DNA of 63,420 nucleotides, the filler included, from Choristocarpus tenellus KU-1152 (taxonomy: Eukaryota > Protista > Phaeophyceae), in the NCBI GenBank assembly GCA_964200185.2. It is 11 parts of 11 records of this genome, joined end to end, with 100 filler letters (N's around TTAATTAATTAA, not from the genome) between each part and the next. Parts side by side here need not be neighbours in the genome. Positions count along the whole stretch, not along the records: positions 12,760 to 19,159 come from CAXNAD020008214.1; positions 19,260 to 22,689 come from CAXNAD020020082.1; positions 22,790 to 32,242 come from CAXNAD020003660.1; 8 more parts are not named here. The stretch is one strand, 5' to 3'. Position 1 is the stretch's first letter, and every line of letters begins with the position of its first letter. A program made the position numbers and the translations under genes. Under the pieces are notes generated by a model that worked only from the letters and a program-made list of their open reading frames with translations, was not told the DNA's origin and searched no databases. Of this stretch, positions 12,760 to 25,700 are shown in pieces.

Positions 12760-14782
12760 TCTGAGAAAATAATCCAAACAGAAGCCCCGACAGCGCTAAG
12801 TATGTCATCAAGGCCCCAGTCCCCCCACCGTACACCAGCGGTGCCACCACAATAGCAAGTGTGAAAAGCAGTAGGTGGGAGACTTGGGCTGCACCATACA
12901 ACCGTGAAGAGAACCATCGGGTGCTTTGGGGCATAGGAACAGGCATGACACCATAAATGTCCCCTGTTAACAAGAGGTTCAGAGGTATCCACAAGGTCTC
13001 GCCAAGCACTGTAAGGGTGTAACACATGTACACATACAAACGGTAAACTTGCATTCGATAACTCACAAACTCTTCTCCTGTGCTGTTACAGACACAGCTC
13101 GAGTCAGAGTGATCTTTGCAAATGCTGCTTCTGTTGCCACCAAATTGAGTGGCGGCGCTACGGATGAGGGGGTGTGTTCTTAAGAACCGGGTGAAGTGGT
13201 GGAGGTCTGGATCACAATGTACGTCGTTTGTGAATGAGTGATGTGCGTAGGTGTGTTGGTGCATCCACAAGAAGGGCGATGAGATCAGACTCATACCCAG
13301 CCCTGCCAGGGAATCCAGCCATGGGGCAGAAGAACCTGCAACAGCAAAGTGACCGCCATCGTGCCCCATAGCGCCCAGGAGCCAAGCCGCCATAGCAAAG
13401 AGGAGGGAGCTGCCAGGGTACGAGCCCCGAATATAGCCAAGGTAGGTGAGTGCAACTGTGACTAAGGTGAGGGCATAGTATGCAAGGCGTCCTGGGGTTG
13501 CCTTCACGCAAGTTGGTGACTGCCTTGGGTCCATACCAACCTCCCTCAGGGCAAACTCTGCACGTTCACAGAGCAGTTGGTAGAAGGGGTCAGCCTCCCC
13601 ACGAGATGGAAGGCCTGCTTTGGAACTGGTCAATTTTTTTCCTCGCAGTGGCTCTACTGCATCTATCCCCCCCACATTCCCAATGGACTGTAGCCCCGAC
13701 TTGAGCCCCTCCACCTTAGGAGGCACAAAGGCATATTTGACCAGGACAGTTCTATTGCGTTCAGTGAAAGGGTGGTATGACTCAAACATGGCTGTGCAGT
13801 CCCTTCCACGACCCAAGTTGATTGCCAATGCCCCCCCTGGATGGTTTTGAACAAACCCCGCAAGGTCATAGAATATCCCATGCACCTTCCACAGATGGGG
13901 GGGGATTCCCACCTCCCCCTCACTGCCAACCCCTGCTGTAACTGCCATGGTTGTGGCCTCCACTGCACCTGGTGCCACATCCCTCCCCTTACCTACCTCC
14001 TCTTTCACAAGCCACGAAGCAGCTTCACCACATAGTGATGCCACCTCAAAGTCAGCTGTCTTCTCCTTGATACCAATGTCTGGTTTGCCGACACTTGCCA
14101 CTGTCACCGGCTCACACACTGTCTTAACTTGCACCCCTGACCTTGCTCCAGCCCCTGCAGGTGGCCTATTCTTCATCATTGTTCCTCTGGCAGGCATTGC
14201 CTTACCCCCACCTCCCCTGAGTATCAGAATTAGTGTAACAATATTACCTGCATTAAACAGCAGTCCAAAGAAAAATGTAAATGCAGCTGAGATAGTCTCA
14301 CGCCCTTCCAATCCCTCTCCATTCCACCTGGATGCAGAATACAAGGAGGCTGCAGATGCAAGACTAGGGTAGAGGTTAACAGTGTACCCTACCGCAGCCA
14401 TGGCCTCTAACAGGAGGAAGGCATGGGCAGGGAGTCGGAAACAGAGGAACGCCATCAACGAAATTGCTGAGCCTATCCCTGTGTTTACCCTTGCCTTGCT
14501 ATCGCTGTGGCTGTGGAGGAGACTGGCAGCCGATGATACAAGGGCATGTAATGCCACAGGGAGGGTTGCAATGTTCAGTGGAACTTGAACTTCCTTAAAG
14601 AGTGCAGCAAGGTACCATGCCTGCCAATCGTGGGATGGGTTGATTGAACGGGTCAAGAGGGGTAGGGTAGGGGGCAAGGGCAACGGATAGGGACTGAGAA
14701 GGGAATGATCGGCGAGAATAGAAGCTAACATCTTCTCTTTAGAAACCACCCACCACACCAAAGCATCATTCAACTTGAGGAA
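12760..14782 (-). CDS. Cytochrome-b5-fused front-end-type fatty acid desaturase, large exon, 3' end cut by the contig end
   Basis: About 670 uninterrupted codons. Cyt-b5 motifs YDLAGFVQNHPGG and GRDCTAMFESYH; His boxes GHDGGH and HQHTYAHHSFTN. The third box lies beyond the contig end. Acceptor TATAG just upstream of 14782. Confidence 0.9.
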
Positions 14783-15139
14783 CTATAAGACCAATTTTCA
14801 ATGTTCACACATCAGAATGCCATCTCCCTTGCGATTATTGCTGCTTCAGTTGTACAGCAGTGCGAGCTCCTGCTATGCATAATATACCAACATAAACCTC
14901 ATGAATAAAACATTTGTATCCCTAGTTTTGAGGCATGTCTGAGCCATGTGCCAAACAACATACTGATCGAGCCACCAGAGGGACACAAGGACGGCGGCAT
15001 CCATTATTTCAATTCGTGTGCATGATCGAAACGCTGGACTTCGAAAGGAGGCCTGGTTCCCTCTAAGTCCTGCCATATTCACCTCGACATTATCCCAATT
15101 CCTACAGTGAAACAGACACTCGTGAAACATTCACGATTG

Positions 15140-16021
15140 CTACTTCCCCGTCACACTAGCCTGATACAGTGTGTTGCTGAAGATCTCTAAAAGATCTACT
15201 CCAGTGTTGCATAGGCCCTTCGAAGTCCTGTCCCAGGTGTCGAACAAGCAATGCCCTACCACCACGGCCATGATGTGATCGTCATGCCCATCTCGCAAAA
15301 TCAATGTAGCAACGACAAGAGAGAACGCGAACTTCACCAGGGTGTTACTCCAGGTGCCACAGGTATCGGACTGCAGTTGCATTCGGATTGTGTGTGGGTA
15401 CGTGGGAGGTTGGCGGACAGACATAATCGTTTGAAGTGTTGACAGACGAGTAGACAGGCGGTGAATTGTATGGGTGGTAAGTGCATATGTGGAGGGGGAT
15501 TTGGGACAGGTTGTGCCCAACGGATGGAAAACAAGAACATATGAGTCAAGAAAGAAGCACAGAGATACAACATATGTGATTAACCGTTGTTGGGGGCAAA
15601 ACAACACGAAAATGTGGAGAATTAGAATATACATCAGTTCGGTTCATCTTGTACTCGACGCACTCCTTCACCTTTGAATCCACATTCAAGTTCGGCATCC
15701 ACTATTGGAGACGAAACACACAACCCCCGTTGTGAAATAGTACAGGTTCATTTCAGCAGGGGATCCCCAATGAGCAGGAAACCAAGGGGCTGTCTTCTGT
15801 TTGACCTCGTCAACTCTTGAATACTATCACACCTTTCGAAGGATGGACCTTGCCAACCGGGCCGCGACCGCCTCCACTACGAAAGACGCGATGAACATAT
15901 AAAAGACATGTGATAAGTCCGCCTTAGTGAACACTAGAAGGGAGCAAAGAGCAAACCACACAAGTAGGAGTGTCCTTGTTTCACGGTCGCAGGTCGTTGC
16001 TCGGACTGCTCTTGGACTCAT
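15140..16021 (-). CDS. Putative 5' exons of the desaturase gene (hydrophobic, TLC-like). Exon 16021-15833 and an exon starting at 15370
   Basis: An ATG-initiated 63-codon hydrophobic exon ends AAG|GTGTGA and is in phase with CTGCAG|TCCGAT (SDTCGTWSNTLVKFAFSLVV..VVVGHCLFDTWD). I could not resolve the splice path to 14782. Confidence 0.45.
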
Positions 16022-16461
16022 CCTTGCACATGAAGTAAAAGCAAGTATATGAGTGTTAATGGAAGAGAGATAACCTCTAGCAACCAACAGCACCTCACTG
16101 CTTCCTGACGACAAACACCGAGCCTAAGCAGACAAAGCCGTAAACAATAGTAGTTGTTGGTCCTCTGAATCAGCTGACCAAGAATCTCCACACCTTGACA
16201 CGTAATTGTACGACGTTTTTGAATGTGCATATTAATGGTATTATTAATGGACTATAAACGTTCATATACTCACGATTTGGACAAGAGAAGTAAACGACAT
16301 GTGTAGTAATAAAAGGTAGTGGAATGTTGGTCCACTTTGGTTTATCAAAATGAATTTTGTTAGAAATGGATGTAGTACCAGCTCCAGAGCGCCCAGAGCG
16401 TCTATGTCGTCACAGAAGTTTGATCCTTTCTTTGACGTGCAGTAGTTTGGGTGGCTCGACC

Positions 16462-18456
16462 ATGCAAGCCCTTTGCCAAAGGGTGGGGCGACTTGCCCTC
16501 CCAACGTCCACACATGCTGCTGTTTTAGGTTTGCTTCCTCCCACGGTTTTTGTGAAAGGTTCTGCTCTGAGTCGCGACCTCAACTCAGGTGCAATAGTCC
16601 CACACATCCCCCTTCGCCTCAACAATATCGCACCAAATGAGGGGGCCACAAGACCACGCAAGCGTGTGGGTCGAGGAAAAGGGTCTGGCAGAGGAAAGAC
16701 TTGTGGAAAAGGGCACAAAGGTTCGAAGGCAAGAGGCACTCAGAAGGGACCAGGCTTCGAGGGTGGTCAAACCCCGCTAATCCGAAGAATCCCTAAGCGA
16801 GGCTTCAAGAATGGGTAAGGTCACACAGTTGACAATGTTGGGATATGGACATTGTGTGATTGGGCATCTTACAGGGAGTGAATCTCCTCTGCTGAAATAT
16901 AAGCCCTCTACTCATGTCCTTCGATGATACCTATACTTCCAACGGCCCGAGCTCTTTCTTTGAGCGTCACATTTATCTCTTTTACTCGCCTCTTTTTCGT
17001 CAATCCTGGAGAAACAATGTCAAGATCTATTCTAATTAAGACTGCCTACTCTTATACTTCTTTGTACCTCAGGCCAGACAAGTCGTTTGAGACGGTGTCC
17101 GTAGAGCGCATCGCAAGGTTTGTCGCGATGGGCCGTTTGCATCCTAAGCATGGCCTCCTCACAATGAAGGACTTGCAGGTGTGTGTCCCACAACTCGCAG
17201 GCAAAAGAGACCACTGCATTGACTGATTCCCAACTTGATTGAAAGATGCTTGCAAGAAGAACGTATTGAGTAGCCCATTTCTTGTCGCCTTTTGAGTCCG
17301 CCCACCGTGCAAACTGGCAAGAGGTGCTCTATTGGCCACACACAACACAATCCAGGTAGTTTCAGTTCTACATATATCAGTCTGAACTCTCTCCTCTGAG
17401 TGAAATTATACCTTTTGGGGTCTTACATACTGGGTTGAGCCATTACTCTATTTCTTACAGCAGGCAAGCTCGAAAGCAGACAGTTCAAATGTAACAACCC
17501 CAAAGTGCCAATATCGTAGTATTCCATAAATCTGACAGCTGCGTCCTCCCAGATCCTCCTACACACACCCCACCCCTGTTAGCACCTTTACTTTCATCTA
17601 AATGCCTACCCTCTCCTCACCCTCACATTGTGAATAGGATGCTGGTGTGGTCAACCATATCAAATATGGTGTTAGGCTAGTTGCAAGCAGCTTTGCCCCC
17701 ACAATGCAAAGCATCACTGATGGGAAGGTAACAGATACTTCTGGAGACCATAGTGAAAATGCTGTTGAGGCATCAGAGGCGTCCGTTGAAGTGGAAGAAG
17801 ATGCTGAAGGTGAGCCAGGGTCAGAGGAAGTGAACCGTGCAACCTTGCCCTCAATCCACCTGGAGGTCAGCAGGGCTTCAACCTCGGCAATAGCAGCAGT
17901 GGAAGCAGCTGGTGGCACTGTGACCTGTGTGCACTTCAACACTCTGGCACTTCGGTCATTGGTAAGAGGGTTTGGAGACATCCTTGTTGTGGATGCATAT
18001 TTGCTTGTCCTTTGTTTCTACCTCTCAAACAATTTCTATATGCCCCGTATACTCTTCTATGCACAATTGTTACCTCCAGTTAGTGTGAGCCTACCCCCCC
18101 CCCCCCCCCCTTGCTCCCTAGGTAAAGATTTACGTATCAAAGTCGGTGCAATCATCAATCAAATGCATTTCCCGATTGAATAAAAAGACAACTACAAATA
18201 TCAAAGTATCTAGACAGTAGTAGGAGATGATGTACTTCTAACACAGGCAAAGTCCATGCAATTTTTCTTTTATCTACGTGATCAAGCAGAGCAAGAAGTC
18301 TCCCTCCTACCCCCAACCCCCATCACCTCTTCATTCTACCTTCTCGTGCAGCTGAAACCTGAGAAGTTTGTCATTTTGCCAAGGAGAGCTCGCCCTCCTC
18401 CGCGCCTCATGCCTTACTTCTTAGATAATGGAAAGCGTGGCTACCTATCCCCTGAG
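16462..18456 (+). CDS. MRPL15: Mitochondrial ribosomal protein uL15m, last exon missing. Exons 16462-16814, 17073-17178, 17638-17961, 18352-18456
   Basis: [80 protein letters not shown] and [15 protein letters not shown] junctions are in phase; the N-terminus resembles a presequence. Confidence 0.93.
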
Positions 18457-19094
18457 GTGAAGAGTCCTACTGTGTGTTTTTTTTAACTTTGGAAGGTGGG
18501 GTTGCTGCGTTCACTTTTTTGAGCTGTGAACCATAGTGATCAAATTGGTATGATTTAGTGCAATGATAAAAAAAAGTTGAGATCACAATGAAAATAATCA
18601 ACTAATAATTTTAGTGGGTGTTTGTGCTGTGCGCTCTACTGAAAAGATTCTCATGTGCTCCAAGCACATTTTGATTAGGCTAGTTGAGTTGAAAAATAAT
18701 ATCCTTTTAAGCCTTTTTTTTTCTCAATAGCCATACGATGGTACTTGTCAATAGCTGTCTTAAAGGGACCGTTGTTGTATATCAAACAATGGACGATCTT
18801 GTTTTTTGCTGCAAGAGCATTTTGCATCTCAATGCACATAGTTTTGCCGAGAACTAATTTGTAATCAAGACCTTGCTTGAAGTGTCCATTGAATTCATTC
18901 TCAAAAGTTGAACTCTTGATTGCTAAGACTTTTCGAGGGAATATGGATCTTTCCCAAGTATTATCACACTTGGAAGATTTCAAAATACTTCTTTGACTGT
19001 ATCAACGTAAAAAAAAGTCTGCAGATGTAGAGCAGCTTGAATTGGGAGTCCTATTGTAGGCAGATAGACACACCATTCATGATATTTGAAGCTC

Positions 19095-19131
<37 letters not shown>

Positions 19132-20661
19132 ACCGCCCCCCCGCGGCGCGGGGGGGAGCNNNNNNNNNNNNNNNNNNNNNNNNNNNNNNNNNNNNNNNNN
19201 NNNTTAATTAATTAANNNNNNNNNNNNNNNNNNNNNNNNNNNNNNNNNNNNNNNNNNNNTTTATTTCTTTAGGGCTAATAACGACATTTGTATAGGTTTC
19301 ATTGGTTTCCCCCCTGACACATCTGCAAAATGTCAGAGGGCATAATAATATATATAATTCATACGTGTTGATGAAATGGTGGGTGATATTTACAAACCAT
19401 ATGTACACATGATAACCAGCAAGCTTGTTTCGTCAATCGGGATTTGTACACCATTCCGCTACATCGAGTTGCATCGAGTACAAATGTTTTGTGATGCGGG
19501 ATTCCTGGTTGGAAAAGATTTGTGGATCTTTACCATTCATTCAAATATTTGTACATTTCTACTGGTCTGTGAAGAATAAAGGAGTTACATCGTGGTTTGT
19601 CCGACGTGTGGATCGTGCAACGATGCAAAGTGCACAAACTGTCTCAAATATATATGAAAACATTAGAAACAGTCATGTGTTGTAGCAGAGAAGGTTACGG
19701 ATAAGTGAAGATATCATTCTATACGTAATCCTTGTATGTAGCATATGTATGTATGGGGCAGGTAACATCGGTAAATAGTTGGTACAGTGGAAATAACAAC
19801 GAAAAATGGTGATATGTGAGAGCCATATTCCACAGAAGGTGTAACTTGAAGGTAACCTATCTCGAACATCATGATATTCATGTTACTTTTGTTGTTTTTG
19901 CATGTTGAAAGTAACATCTGCTTGAAGTAAGATTGAGTGATTTGGAGTGCCCTTCAAATCCCCCTTCCTTCAGTCTTACTCCCTGTTGACTCTTTTCTAG
20001 AGTTAACTTCTGATGGTTTGCCCTCCCTCTTTGACCTTGTCTCTCTTTGATCTCTCCTCCTGTGGGTCTTCCCGCTCCCCTTCATTACGAAGAACCTGTC
20101 GGTTGTTTCCACCTGTTTCACAGATATCTAATATTATCTTACTACTACTGTTGAATCTTCGAATGTGAAGATATCGTGATCCTAATATTTCTTTTATTAT
20201 GCCCTTCGACATCTTGAATATATAATAGGAGAAAAACTAATGAAAAACCATTCAAATGTCCGAACAACCTCCGAAATAGTAACAGTTGTCGTAGATGTGA
20301 AAGATGTTTCTCTACGATCTATTTACCATTTTACCACCACCTATGCTACACCGCTGCCCTGTTATGTCTCCTACATAGCTCAGTCCTGCACCACAGAATG
20401 AGGAGGTAGGGAAGCATCCCAAGAAAATAACATGTCCCTCCTTGCCTATCTCTCTGATGTCTCCAGCTCAAGGAAGTGGAGAGAATGTTCAGAATCTACC
20501 GTCCATGATGGCTGAGGCCTTTGTTGTGTGTAGTGTGTGCGAAGTGCTTCTTTGCGTAGTCGTACATAAAACTGATGTATTCCATTCAGGTTTCAACAGT
20601 TAGCTCCTCCCTTCCCTTCTGGTGGAGGCTTAGTTACTGCTCCTGCTAATTTCCTGCTCCC

Positions 20662-21190
20662 CTAGTGGCAGGTAAAACAATTGCTTTTCTCATTCCGTAA
20701 GCAAGAATATTGCCACAAGGTCCCAGTGCTCAATATTCGGCATGGCATACCAGGTACCCAAAGTATTCCCCTTAACCTCCAGTTCTTGCTCATTATCAAT
20801 CGTACCACATCCCATATCTCCTTTGCCTCCAGCTTCCCATTTTTGTCGAAGGTGCAGGTCCACTTTGTTGGTATGACGATGATGAGTCTATTGCCCATTT
20901 CAGCTTCCTGTAGCTTTTATCGGGTCTTGTGATGAGCTGCACGGGAATCTTGTCCTCCACGCATCCTTCATTGATTCCTCTTTCATATTTCCAGTGCGAT
21001 ATTCGTTCCTGCTCCGTTGTGTCTCAGTGAGTTCAGGACGACGTATTTTCCCTGCATAATGTCTTATAGACCCTTTCGCTGGCATAAACCACCAGATATA
21101 ATCTCCATGTCGTCGAAGTCTCCACTGGTCGTGCTGGTGCTCCAGTCCAGTTGAACGACTTCTTCATGTCGTTGAGGCCCATCACCTGCT
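20662..21190 (-). mobile_element. Ty1/copia relic (protease region)
   Basis: TKWTCTFDKNGKLEAKEIWDV..ILWVPGMPCRILSTG aligns directly with TKCTCTFENNGKLEAKEIGDM..VLWVPGLPCRIFSTG in the copia at 58880. Confidence 0.75.
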
Positions 21191-22460
21191 CCATTTCTCT
21201 ATACTACTAAGGCTCATAACCTGTGTCATAACCTGTGCAATTTACCGTGGGGGGTAATGCTATTTTTCTGTAGTGAAGACAAGAAGGTGTAAAGCCTCAC
21301 ATGGTTCCCCATTGCTGAACGTGATTACACTGTTGAAATTAGAAGATTGACCTTTGTGGGGTGTCTTTCTGTTGCTTGTTTTATTTTCATTTTGTGCTTC
21401 CTACGTAAGTCAACAGTTATATCAAAGTAGCTGAATGCAAACAATAAACCCATACATATTCCCATTCATAATCCTGATGTACTTTCTCATTAGTTACATC
21501 ACATGGACTCAATCAAAATGATAATCTCTCATACACAAAATAAGGTACACCTCACTATTGTCCTATTTTGCACACTCCCCCATGAGAGTGCAGGCAATGA
21601 AGGATCGTTGCTGGAACTCTCAAACCTAAAACATCTTATTCTGCACAACAATCAAGCTCTCCAGTGAAAATCTGCCTTCCCCTCTTTCTCCCTCCCTAGT
21701 CTCACCGTTCGCATTTGTTTGTCGCCACAACCAATACCTGTGTGAGATAATCTCATCTTGCCTTACCAATATTTCTTTGACAGAGGGAAGCCCATCTCCT
21801 AAACTATTGCTCTCTTCAACCTCCTCTCAATCCTGCATGCCTTCATGTAGTCCTTCTGCTCTCTTCCCTCTTCTCTCTTACTTCACTGGTATTGTGAAAG
21901 GGCAATGTGATCCCTCACCGTCCACAATGACCGTCGTCCCAAGATAATTTTTTCTCAAATTACTACCTCTAGCCTGTCCGTCGTGTGAATGCATTTCTGG
22001 GCGAGATTGCAGCATTCAATTAAAATAGTGTAGGGTCACAATGAAGAGTTGGCACAGCTTAAGGAAGAACCTTCCACACAATATGAGCTCAGATGTAGAG
22101 TAGAATCATTGAGCTCAATCGGGTATCAACAATACGCTGGATAAGCTGGGTATGATAGATGTACGGTGGGTTGCTAACTCGGCTTACACAGACACACCAT
22201 AATCGACCATCTCGTTTTTATATGTGGAGTTGGGTTTGACAATTGGAAGAGCCAGGTCACCTGGAAGGATGCAACATGTATTCTTTATGCGACCTACTCC
22301 AATGCAAAACCTCAAAGAAACGCTTGGGCCTGTCAGCCATATTAAGCACATCACTTGCCCTAGCCTTCGACGAGAAAGCCTCGTCTTCAGCCTTAAGGGT
22401 GCGCTTGGGAGAATGCAATTCGTCTCGATTGTCTCGAAATTGTGTAAGGAACCCTCTCAC

Positions 22461-22562
22461 CTTGAGTTCTACGATGTTGGGATGCTTCAACTCTTTGAGC
22501 AGAGAGATCTCTCGCAATGCCGTACCGGGGATGCCGTCATCCTCCAACTCGACCTTGATCCT
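22461..22562 (-). CDS. Single exon of a CDK1/CDKA-B-type cyclin-dependent kinase
   Basis: 34 codons [34 protein letters not shown], bounded by ACACAG| and |GTGAGA, phase 0 on both sides. Confidence 0.88.
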
Positions 22563-22789
22563 CTGTGTAATGGGAGCGGGAAGAGTCCACCACGGTTGAG
22601 AGCTGGCTCGACGGAAGACCACATATTCAGTTTGTGAGGATCTTTGCACACAACACCTGTCCCTACTTTAAACTCTACAAGGCGTCAAGNNNNNNNNNNN
22701 NNNNNNNNNNNNNNNNNNNNNNNNNNNNNNNNNTTAATTAATTAANNNNNNNNNNNNNNNNNNNNNNNNNNNNNNNNNNNNNNNNNNNN

Positions 22790-25700
22790 GCACCAGGAAA
22801 CCACGAAGACCTTGTGGCTACCTCCTCCACCGACCCCATGGCACCATCCATCTCCTCAAACTCCCCTACTCCCCAATCGAAGCCTGAAGCTGGCACTGCC
22901 CTGGTGGATCCTGCGAGGTGAAAAGGTAGTTGATGCCCACTATTGTTGCCAATTAATGAGGTTACGGAACTTGTTGCCTCCCAGGACATTGGTAACTCCT
23001 CTTCTTCAGTGCCATCCGGGTGATAAGCACGGTAACCCACTAGCAGCTCTCGCATCGCTGGTGGGTATGGTTCAGAACCCAGTGGAGGAAAGTGGAAAGT
23101 GGGGTGTGAAGTTGGGGTTTCGAGTCCTTACAGTGCTAATTGCAATGCAAGAAGAGAGAGGGGGCTGAACATATTTGCAGCAAATGTACAACAATAGGGG
23201 TACCTGAACATGGATAGGAATATATCAGTTCCTTTCGGCAGTAAATAATGCAGCAGAGGAGAGGGGACACTTAACACTCACCCCCAACCCCAACCCTTAC
23301 GTCAGGACTAGACCTTCAGCACATTCAATATGAAGGGAGGAATGAATGCAGCAGAGACGAGAACAATAATCCCACCACAACAGGGTAAAGAAGGGGTGGT
23401 ATGGAGAGGAACACAAACAACGTACACAGCATAATGAATAAAGAGATAGGTAGAGAGCAAGTATATTAGGCGCACCATCTGCTGACCCCACCCCAAGCGG
23501 CGCTCCTGCACGCTCCCTCACAGCAATGACAGTGGCATTTGTCCTACAAAGAAGAGGTATCAGGGAGTTGGGATGGCATATGGGAAAATGAGTATATGAA
23601 ACGGATAAGGCGAAGGAAAACAAGAACAAAGGAAAAGAAAAAAAAAGGCCACGACCAGGAAAAAAAATATGATCAGGAGGCAAGGAAGTAGAGTCCAGCT
23701 GGGGGATGGAGTAGGGGGGGGGGGTAATTGAGGTTTGAAATTATGTACAGACAAGAAGTGGAGAATGTGAGAAGAGGGTGGGAAGTGCGTAGGATGCAAA
23801 GTATCAAGACATGGGGTGTATATGAAAGGTATGGTAAAACATCGCAAAATAGAAGGAAGGGGGAAGTCATACGTCCTTCCATCCAGCGGCACTCCCTTCC
23901 AATACAAACATAAATACACATCCTTGTCCCGCTATAAATACTGTATCACCCTCTCTGAAGCGAATATGTATCCGTTCTCGGCGAAGGGAACAAATGGCAG
24001 TGGATATTAAAGTAATGTCATATGTGATAAGGGATTTGAAACTTTACTAATATCCTCATCCTTCTTTCACTACCAAGCAGACAATTGAAATCAGAGAGGG
24101 CTGAGAATATAGCGCCCTTACTTTAGAGAAGAGCCTACCTGGTGGATCCTTGGAAGCCTTAACCCCAACTCAAAGTGCTCATCTAAACAGCCCAAAGCGA
24201 TCTAAAGAGGAAGGAAGACCCAGTTGTAAGCTTGGTGAAATGGTAGAAATGAGTACATCGATACTTCCAAATCTTCAAACTGGTGTTTTCTTTGCCTGAA
24301 GACAGGTCTGTAAGGAATAGTCGCTACTACATTTCCCCACACATAAAAAAACTCAAACCTGAGACAAATCTTGAAATCAACCGTCATACCATTCAACAGT
24401 GATTCATGCCATAAATCAGGGGAGTGCATGTCTTACTTGTGGCCACAGATTATGAACACACAAGAAATTTCAACTTTTTTGTGTAGCACAAACCATTTTC
24501 ACTCAGTCATAAGGATAGAACAAAACTTCATAATCAATTTATTTGTACACGAGTTTCCTCAATACTTCGTATGATAAAAAAACTACTTGCATATTGACAT
24601 AACAGGTAAGAGATATTTTACAAATCAATCCCATCAATCTACATATCAATAAATATTAAAATAGGGTGCTGAGACTATTCATAAGGCTGGTTATCTATAC
24701 CAATCGAACAGTTTGCATGAGTCCAAATCCGACACCAGCAGTAAAAAATATAAACATAGATTACCAATCATACATTCATTCACACGGGGGTGCTGAACAT
24801 CCTGATTATTGCGTAGCTTGAGGTATTAATACTAACCCTGAGGAAACAAAACGCATTTAACGAGGAAAATAACCACTACGCACTCTCCAAATCCACATCT
24901 TACATGTAGAATTCATTTATGGCCATTAGTTCTTTGGGTGGCATGGAATAATTAAGGACTTGCAGGGACCATACAGTTACAGATATTTTGTTTGGCCTCG
25001 CGGTGGAGGTGTGCTCAACAAACTAAGGCCACTGAAAAAGGTCCTATCCAACCCTTGTTCACCAGGAATCCAGTTATCACCACCTCACACACTCGTTAGT
25101 TTTTCAGAACAAGTTCTTCAAACAAGGAACCCACAACTTGCCCCTTAGTAGGTTTCTGGTCGACAACCCACTGTATCCATAAAATTTTTCAAAATGGTCA
25201 AAAGAGAATTGAATACACTAAATCAAGATCGAGTAGCCACCAAGCTAGAAATAGACTTCACATTTCTCAATGGAAACTCCACCACAAGCAAACATAGCAT
25301 AGCAAATACTAGTACCAGATATTGAAGCCAATGCAGACAACCCACGAGAGGCAAAGAGATAGGAGTATAGTAAGAATATGCAGCAGAGAATATAGGAGCA
25401 GGGAAGGGGAAGAGAAGAGGGGCGCACCAGACATTTCTTGAGTCCAAGGCATCAATAAGGCTGCCCTCGTGCAGAGCCTGTCGCCAGCGCTCCTCTTCCT
25501 GACCAGTGCGAGTCCTGTGTGTACCATTTTTATGCGCTTATGTCAATTTATGTATGCATGTAAGTATTACATACATGTGGGTGCGTATGTGTGTGGATGG
25601 ATTGATAAACAAATTGACAGATGATAGGATGCACAAAGCGGAAAATGTCAGGACCTAGGTTTAGTGTGGCTGACTTGGCATGGACAAGTCATTTAGAAAA

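Noticed and set aside
18675-18983. 102-aa minus-strand ORF after MRPL15 exon 4
   Set aside because: Non-ATG start, AT-rich and no recognisable motif. It may be a TE scrap, but I cannot support that.
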